NCBI GenBank assembly: GCA_049515535.1 | Contig: JBEKTZ010000010.1 | Coordinates: 62,001-126,000 of the forward strand | Reading direction: 5' to 3' | From: Candidatus Aminicenantales bacterium | GTDB lineage: Bacteria; Acidobacteriota; Aminicenantia; Aminicenantales; UBA4085 | DNA: 64,000 nt | In this document: in pieces, positions 58,901-64,000 of the stretch | Layout: each line of letters opens with the position of its first letter | How positions within the stretch are numbered: the stretch's first letter is position 1 | Program-made: the position numbers and the translations under genes | The notes under the pieces: generated by a model | What the model saw: only the letters and a program-made list of their open reading frames with translations | What the model was told of the DNA's origin: nothing | The model's database searches: none

Positions 58901-61368
58901 TGCCTGGCCATTCCACGCTGGAATCCACGCCACCGCTTACTCGTCCCAGCGATCTTGTCTTTGACAACGGACTGGGTGGATTTAGCGCGGACGGACGCGA
59001 GTATGTCATTTACCTTGAGCCGGAACGGTGGACGCCGGCGCCGTGGATCAACGTCATTGCCAATCCCGATTTTGGTTTCACGGTTTCCGAAACCGGCGCG
59101 GGCTATACCTGGTTTGGCAACAGCAGTGAGAACCGGCTCACGCCCTGGTCGAACGATCCGATCACCGATCCGCCGGGCGAAGCGATCTATTTGCGCGACG
59201 AAGAAACGGCCGAAGTCTGGTCGCCCACTCCGCTGCCGTGTCGCGCGGCGGCACCGTACTTAATTCGACATGGTGCTGGCTATTCGATTTTCGAGCACAA
59301 TAGTCACGGACTGGCCCAGCGCTTGCGGCTCTTTGCAGTCTCGGAGGCGCCGGTCAAGGTTGTGCAACTGCGCCTGACAAACATGTGGGCGCACACGCGC
59401 CGCATCACCGCGACGTTTTACGCGGAATGGGTGCTGGGTGTGACGCGCGACACCGCGCAGCAATATGTGGTCTCAGAATATGACAGCGAGCATCAAGCGC
59501 TCCTGGCGCGCAATTGCTACAACGCCGAATTCAGCGAGTGCGTCGCGTTCGTCGCGGCCAGCCGGCCGCTCCATGGCTTGACGGCGGATCGCACCGAGTT
59601 TCTGGGGCGCAGGGGAAATCTTCGTCAGCCCGCTGCGCTCGATCGCATTGGCCTGGCGAGCGTCGTCGAGCCGGGCCTCGATCCGTGCGCCGCCTTGCAG
59701 CTTCATATCGATCTGCAACCGGGCGAATCGCAAGAAGTCTTTTTCTTGATCGGCGAGGGCGCGCATCGAGCGGACGCCTTGCGACTGATTGAGCACTATC
59801 AAAATGCCGAACAGATTGAGGCGGCCTGGAATCAGGTGAATGTGGGCTGGAACAAGTTGCTGGAGACGGTTCAAGTGCAAACCCCTGATCCGGCGATGAA
59901 CCTTTTGCTCAACCGCTGGCTGCTCTACCAAACACTGGCGTGTCGGGTCTGGGCGCGCTCGGCCTTCTATCAATCGTCCGGCGCGTTTGGTTTTCGTGAT
60001 CAGCTGCAAGACGTCATGGCGTTCATTCACGCCGCACCGCACCTCGCACGCGAACATATCCTGCAAGCCGCGCAGTCCCAGTTCGATGCCGGCGACGTGT
60101 TGCATTGGTGGCATCCGTTTTCGGGTCGGGGCGTCCGCACGCATTTCTCAGATGATCTGTTGTGGCTGCCGTTTGTCGTCGCTCACTATGTGACGGCTAC
60201 TGGCGATGAAACAATCCTTGATGAAAATATTCCGTTTCGCAAAGGCGCACCACTGGAGCCGGGCGAGGCAGAACGCTACAACCAGTACGCACCCACCACC
60301 GAAACGTACACGCTCTACGAGCATTGCCGTCGAGCATTAGAGAAGGGGACCACGGCCGGGGCGCATGGACTGCCATTGATGGGCAGCGGCGACTGGAACG
60401 ACGGTATGAACCGGGTCGGTATCGAAGGACGCGGGGAAAGTGTGTGGCTGGGTTGGTTCTTGTGCGCGACGTTGACGCGCTTTGCCAGGTTATGCGAGCG
60501 CCGAAGCGATCAGGCGCAAGCGGCGACGTATCGGCAGCGCGCTGATGAGCTGGGCCAAGCCATTGAAGCGAACGCCTGGGATGGCGCATGGTACCGGCGC
60601 GCGTATTACGACGACGGCACACCTCTAGGATCGGCGGCGAACAAGGATTGCCAGATCGATTCGATCGCCCAATCGTGGGCGATTTTGTCCGGCGCGAGTG
60701 ACCCGGGTCGCGCGACACAAGCGATGGAATCGGTCGCCGACCGGCTCGTTCACCCGTCGGATCGACTCGTGCTCCTTCTCGCGCCGCCCTTCGACCAAAC
60801 ACCGCGCGATCCGGGTTACATCAAAGGGTATCCGCCCGGCATACGCGAGAACGGTGCACAGTACACGCACGCTGCGCTGTGGGCGGTGTGGGCGTTTGCC
60901 GAACTCGGACAAGGTGATCGCGCTGAATCGCTGTTCCGTCTGCTCAACCCGATTTATCACAGCGACACGCCGAAAAAGGCGGCGCGGTATGGGGTGGAAC
61001 CCTACGTGATCGCGGCCGACGTTTACAGTGCGTCGTCGCACAGCGGATGCGGCGGCTGGACGTGGTACACCGGCTCGAGCGCCTTGATGTATCGCGTGGG
61101 ACTCGAAGCGATCCTGGGCATCCGGCGAATCGGGCGGACCTTACGAATCGATCCTTGCGTTCCAAAAACTTGGTCGAGTTATCAAGTCACGTATCGCCTG
61201 GGCGAAACGACTTTTCAGATTTGTGTGGAGAATCCCGCGGGTGTCAATCGCGGCGTCAAGCAAATCAGACTGGATGGGAACGTTTTGAACAACAACGAGA
61301 TTCCACTGCTGGATGATGGTGGCCGGCATCAGGTCCATGTATTGCTGAGCGCATCGGCGGAGGGTTGA
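52960..61368 (+). CDS. ndvB: Cyclic beta-1,2-glucan synthase (GT84 plus GH94-type phosphorylase domains)
   Basis: MGWERKRGKL, ITLDADT, LLSHDL.EG, RWIRGDWQ, WGISES, GFRDQLQD, GDWNDGMN, GIRENG and GWTWYTGS. 2802 aa. Confidence 0.92.
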   Translation: MASPSFPLPNYLHAQEELFRAATRQLQSKSNTHSLSEAAEWLPDNFYLVQQTCRQIREDMPSSFYRQLPKRDAGPLQGYPRVYAVAQKLIVMGKARLDLDHITRFVHLYQDLAQLTMGELWALPVMLRLGLVEFLAQSVSRITDLPRANSLPTLTLPHPITGDETVANCITSLHMLATQDWQDFFESVSRVEHILRDDPANVYAKMDRETRDRYRKVIEKLARATGQDEQSVAGQAIDLARAYSQSATPRAAHVGYYLLDAGRAQLDARVGYHVPMSSRVRRGALDHPTPVYLGGIGLITLIVVLGGILYARETDANLWQELAAGLLLLIPALTVSVSLINWIITLAIPPRVLPKMDFEDNIPAEYKTLVVIPSLLSSAAEVKSLLKQVELHFLRSQGPHLYFALLTDLPDTPQQPKSRADPLVAQVTAGICALNEKYQRETAGPFYLFHRDPKWNPHEERWMGWERKRGKLHQLNLLLRGGAETAFSVQTGDLDVLPEIKYVITLDADTLMPREAAHRLVATLAHPLNRAEFDPRSGAVIAGYTLLQPGIEITSTSVNRSRFTRIFAGDVGLDLYSRAVSNAYQDLFGEGSYVGKGIYEIDAFERSLAGRMPENALLSHDLIEGIHGRVGLVTDVVLYENYPPHYFVYLRRSRRWIRGDWQLLPWLLPRVPAVDKGTIPNDLSVISRWKILDNLRRSLLAPALLALFVAGWLWLPGSPLVWALAGGLTLAVPVLTGLVLGLVQAVSGSPWRRVFRAFQTGLARWVLRLAFILYETLLTLGGIATTLVRLFVTRKHLLQWTSYADTVRLFAGGVTFNHILAAILSTGALAGLIILINPTALFVALPLLIVWLLSPMIAWWISRPIDHVPDPLSADETARLRNLARRTWSFFEQFVGPEDHWLPPDHFQEAPRGIIAHQTSPTNLGLFLLSTLAAYDLGYIGLSDLSARLRATFESMAQLEKYRGHFLNWYETRTLAPLTPRYVSTIDSGNLVASLRTLGQGCQTLRHQPVLRRKNWEGLLDTLSLFNEVAHDLPADAVGPLQSALAKMRQNVVAAQNDSEAWVPLLNQLTGERWNELNQALLALVASSASTLDADTLNKLSLAADRTQNHLYGIQREIEQLAPWLVLMSQPPALFARPDGASAIREAWQALRAGLPTAPMLEEIGSVCTTGLANLQRLRDLAGFDPEAREWCTRLAQKLPIAMMTADVVLIGFQDLEQQAAQHVQAMDFRFVFDEQRQLFHIGYNVTAERLDPNYYDLLVSEARIASIVTIARNEVPPSHWLHLGRPLTQVDGRRALLSWGGTMFEYLMPALLMRNYEGTLLQHSCLAAVDGQIDYGKHKKVPWGISESGYYAFDADQNYQYRTFGVPGFGFRRNLTEDLVVAPYASLLALSLRPHKVIENIARLDELQMLGPHGFYESIDFSPTRLPFGETHAIVRSYMAHHQGMILLSLVNYLHDNIMVRRFHADPIVRSVELFLQEKVPYDAPLEAVQPEDMRATRQDPVRQQVSASPWSVSAQSPAPQVHFLSNGHYGVLMTSAGAGFSSWQDLDLTRWRADTTREDCGAWVYLQDLENGDVWSAADQPTAAPPESQAVQFYPHMAEFRRNDHGIGLTMDITVAPEDDVEIRRISLTNHGERVRRIALTSYGEIILAPQAADARHPAFNNLFIESEYVPETNVLLFRRRPRSASEELIYLAHSATGSPGHSITGAYETDRARFLGRGRTLRAPAALSAKDGLSATTGATLDPIMALGQTIELQPHASAQVSFITLAARSRDKALTLAQRYQDARTIERAFEQARVRAELELNQLDLTVTDLELIEQLLSALMYPRSALRANAATLAANRKGQAGLWRFSISGDYPILLVRMNTTEDLALVQQALQAHTYWRNRGIKIDLVILNQQGTTYGQELRGQLQRVLVRQNSEDWFNRRGGIFTLYADQLSEADRVLLETAARVVLNGTQGSLAQQLQVLHKPVTQLPAFVPMPGHSTLESTPPLTRPSDLVFDNGLGGFSADGREYVIYLEPERWTPAPWINVIANPDFGFTVSETGAGYTWFGNSSENRLTPWSNDPITDPPGEAIYLRDEETAEVWSPTPLPCRAAAPYLIRHGAGYSIFEHNSHGLAQRLRLFAVSEAPVKVVQLRLTNMWAHTRRITATFYAEWVLGVTRDTAQQYVVSEYDSEHQALLARNCYNAEFSECVAFVAASRPLHGLTADRTEFLGRRGNLRQPAALDRIGLASVVEPGLDPCAALQLHIDLQPGESQEVFFLIGEGAHRADALRLIEHYQNAEQIEAAWNQVNVGWNKLLETVQVQTPDPAMNLLLNRWLLYQTLACRVWARSAFYQSSGAFGFRDQLQDVMAFIHAAPHLAREHILQAAQSQFDAGDVLHWWHPFSGRGVRTHFSDDLLWLPFVVAHYVTATGDETILDENIPFRKGAPLEPGEAERYNQYAPTTETYTLYEHCRRALEKGTTAGAHGLPLMGSGDWNDGMNRVGIEGRGESVWLGWFLCATLTRFARLCERRSDQAQAATYRQRADELGQAIEANAWDGAWYRRAYYDDGTPLGSAANKDCQIDSIAQSWAILSGASDPGRATQAMESVADRLVHPSDRLVLLLAPPFDQTPRDPGYIKGYPPGIRENGAQYTHAALWAVWAFAELGQGDRAESLFRLLNPIYHSDTPKKAARYGVEPYVIAADVYSASSHSGCGGWTWYTGSSALMYRVGLEAILGIRRIGRTLRIDPCVPKTWSSYQVTYRLGETTFQICVENPAGVNRGVKQIRLDGNVLNNNEIPLLDDGGRHQVHVLLSASAEG

Positions 61369-64000
61369 ATGGAGCTTCCCAAGACCATCACTTCGAATCC
61401 CGCTCAGGGACCCGCGAATCGATCGGGCGGTCACAAAGCGCAGTTTTCCGATCAATTATTGGAAAAGTCGCGCACGGATACCGACACGGCTCTGCGAGAT
61501 CTCGAATCGCGATTCAGCGGACTCCGTGCGGCGGAAGTCGAGGCGCGCCTCAAGCGCTATGGATTGAACGAAATCGCGCGGGAGAAGCGCCCGTCTCCCC
61601 TGGCGCGCCTATGGAATAACGTTAAGAATCCACTGGTCATCCTGCTGATCGCACTGGGCGTGCTGTCGTATCTGACGGGTGATCTGCGGGCGACGACCGT
61701 CATTTTCGTGATGGTGGTGCTGGGCGTGGTGCTGCGTTTCTTTCAGGAAATGCGCGCCGATAACGCGGCCGAAAAGCTCAAAGCCATGGTTAACACCACG
61801 GCCACGGTCGTGCGAGATGGCCGAGATACCGAGGTATCGCTCAAGATGCTGGTGCCGGGTGACATCATCCGGCTGAATGCCGGGGATATGGTGCCGGCTG
61901 ACCTGCGGGTTCTTTCCGCCAAAGATTTGTTTCTGAATCAGGCGGCTCTGACCGGCGAATCCCTGCCGGTGGAGAAAAAAGCCTCGCCCGCCTCCGCAGA
62001 CGTTCAAAATCCGCTAGATCTGCCGGACATCTGCTTCCTGGGTTCCAACGTGGAGAGCGGCTCCGCGACGGGGGTGGTCGTCCACACCGGGGGTCGCACC
62101 TACTTCGGTTCACTGGCCGCCAGTATCGTCGGGCAGCGCCAGCTGACCAGCTTCGACAAGGGCGTCAACAAGTTCACCTGGCTGATGATCCGCTTTATTG
62201 CGGTGATGGCGCCAGCCGTCTTCCTGCTCAACGGACTGAGCAAGCACAACTGGGTGGAAGCGTTCCTGTTTGCCATGGCCGTGGCCGTTGGATTAACCCC
62301 CGAGATGCTGCCGATGATCGTGACCGTCAACTTGTCCAAGGGTGCACTGATGATGGCGCGCAAGAAAGTGATCGTCAAACGCCTGAACGCCATCCAGAAC
62401 TTCGGGGCGACGGACGTCCTGTGTACCGACAAGACCGGCACCCTGACCCAGGGCAAGATCGTCCTGGAGAAACATCTGGACGTCCGCGGCAACGAAAGTC
62501 CGCGCGTCCTGCATTATGGGTACATGAACAGCTACTACCAGACCGGTCTCAAGAATCTGATGGATGAGGCCATCCTCGATCACGGCCACCTGGAGGAAGA
62601 TCTTCAGGTGAAAACGAACTACCGTAAAATAGACGAAATCCCCTTCGATTTCGAGCGGCGGCGCATGTCCGTGATCGTGGAGGACAAACAGAACCAGCGC
62701 ATCCTGATCTGCAAGGGCGCAGTGGAAGAGATCATGCGCCTTTCGATTCGTGTGGAAGTCGGAGGCGAAGTGCTGGATGTCCAGCCGGAGCACGACGCCC
62801 ATCGCAAGCGGCTCGTGCAGGAATTGAACGCGCAGGGTTTCCGCGTTGTCGCCGTGGCCTACAAGGTCATGCCCGGGGATGACGACGAACCGCACTATGA
62901 AATGCGGGACGAAGCCGACATGACCCTGCTGGGGTTCCTGGCCTTCCTCGATCCGCCCAAGGAGACCGCGACCGAGGCTTTGAAGCGGCTCCACGCTTTG
63001 AATGTGGACGTCAAGATTCTGACCGGCGACAATGAAATCATCACCGCCTACATCTGCAAACAGGTGGGCATGCCGGTGGACAAGATCCTGCTCGGTTCTC
63101 AAATCGAAGCTATGAGCGAGGGTGAACTGGCTGAAGCCGCCAGCGTGACCAGCATCTTTGCCAAGCTGGCGCCGGCTCAAAAGGAACACATCATCCACGC
63201 ATTGCAAAGCAAGGGCCGCGTGGTGGGCTTCATGGGCGATGGCATCAACGACGCCCCGGCCTTGAAGGCCGCCGATGTGGGCATCTCGGTCAATGGCGCG
63301 GTGGACATCGCCAAGGAATCGTCCGATATCATCCTCATGGAAAACAGTCTGCTGGTGCTGGAACAGGGTGTGATCGAAGGCCGCCGCGTTTTCGGCAACA
63401 TCATCAAGTACATCAAGATGGCGGCTTCTTCCAACTTCGGCAACATGTTCAGTGTCGTGGGAGCCAGCGCGTTCCTGCCCTTCTTACCCATGCTGCCGAT
63501 CCAGGTGTTGACCAACAACCTGCTCTATGACTTCTCGCAGACGGCCATCCCCACGGATGCGGTGGACGCCGACTGGCTGACCAAGCCACGCAAGTGGACG
63601 ATTGGCGCGATTCAGCGTTTTATCCTGTTGATCGGCCCGATCAGCTCGATCTTCGACTACCTGACATTCTTCATCATGCTCTATGTGTTCCATGCCCGGA
63701 GCAACCCAGCCCTGTTCCACACGGGCTGGTTTGTGGAGTCGCTCTTCACCCAGACGCTGATCATTCATGTCATCCGCACCAACAAAATCCCATTCATCCA
63801 GAGCCGGGCCAGCTGGCCGCTGATCGTGACTTCCATCATCATCGTCGCGGCAGGCACCTGGCTTACGGTCTCGCCCCTTGCCGACACGCTCGGGTTTGTC
63901 CCACTTCCGCCGCTGTACTGGCCGCTGCTGGCGATCATGCTGCTGGGCTATGTGATCCTCACTCAATTTGTAAAAACCTGGTTTTACCGCAGGTTTGGCG
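61369..64000 (+). CDS. mgtA: Magnesium-translocating P-type ATPase (3' partial; not in ORF track)
   Basis: ATG directly after the ndvB stop. Reads YGLNEI, LTGESLP, AVGLTPEMLP, CTDKTGTLT (~62422), PFDFERRRMS, GDGINDAP and SSNFGN. Open to the window end. Confidence 0.95.
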   Translation, partial: MELPKTITSNPAQGPANRSGGHKAQFSDQLLEKSRTDTDTALRDLESRFSGLRAAEVEARLKRYGLNEIAREKRPSPLARLWNNVKNPLVILLIALGVLSYLTGDLRATTVIFVMVVLGVVLRFFQEMRADNAAEKLKAMVNTTATVVRDGRDTEVSLKMLVPGDIIRLNAGDMVPADLRVLSAKDLFLNQAALTGESLPVEKKASPASADVQNPLDLPDICFLGSNVESGSATGVVVHTGGRTYFGSLAASIVGQRQLTSFDKGVNKFTWLMIRFIAVMAPAVFLLNGLSKHNWVEAFLFAMAVAVGLTPEMLPMIVTVNLSKGALMMARKKVIVKRLNAIQNFGATDVLCTDKTGTLTQGKIVLEKHLDVRGNESPRVLHYGYMNSYYQTGLKNLMDEAILDHGHLEEDLQVKTNYRKIDEIPFDFERRRMSVIVEDKQNQRILICKGAVEEIMRLSIRVEVGGEVLDVQPEHDAHRKRLVQELNAQGFRVVAVAYKVMPGDDDEPHYEMRDEADMTLLGFLAFLDPPKETATEALKRLHALNVDVKILTGDNEIITAYICKQVGMPVDKILLGSQIEAMSEGELAEAASVTSIFAKLAPAQKEHIIHALQSKGRVVGFMGDGINDAPALKAADVGISVNGAVDIAKESSDIILMENSLLVLEQGVIEGRRVFGNIIKYIKMAASSNFGNMFSVVGASAFLPFLPMLPIQVLTNNLLYDFSQTAIPTDAVDADWLTKPRKWTIGAIQRFILLIGPISSIFDYLTFFIMLYVFHARSNPALFHTGWFVESLFTQTLIIHVIRTNKIPFIQSRASWPLIVTSIIIVAAGTWLTVSPLADTLGFVPLPPLYWPLLAIMLLGYVILTQFVKTWFYRRFG

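Overview
A GC-rich chromosomal window from a diderm bacterium. The gene content (GWxTD protein, 6-bladed beta-propeller, secreted HEAT-repeat and TonB-C proteins) resembles Ca. Aminicenantes/Acidobacteriota, which is an inference. Housekeeping genes include pcnB, addA/addB, pyrB, an RRM protein and an acyltransferase. There are many secreted hydrolases, a Lol-like ABC/LolA-like operon and an ECF sigma/anti-sigma/HEAT operon. The window ends in an RNB-USP-cyclic beta-1,2-glucan synthase-mgtA block; mgtA is open-ended and absent from the ORF track. Non-obvious signals: (i) three same-strand copies of a ~104-bp three-hairpin element (9568, 22957, 25707) with a compensatory base change and variable loops, one lying in-frame inside a gene; (ii) a stretch of mobile-element remnants at ~11.2-16.2 kb with a hypA tail, a decayed IS91-like transposase, a comM tail and an IS110 tail whose right end looks like a bridge/seek RNA; (iii) a 5' UTR with SD/anti-SD/anti-anti-SD elements ahead of the RRM gene; (iv) an M28 peptidase fused to an apparently inactive cyclophilin domain. 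I saw no intact tRNA, rRNA or CRISPR array. All calls come from reading motifs by eye; no database searches were run.
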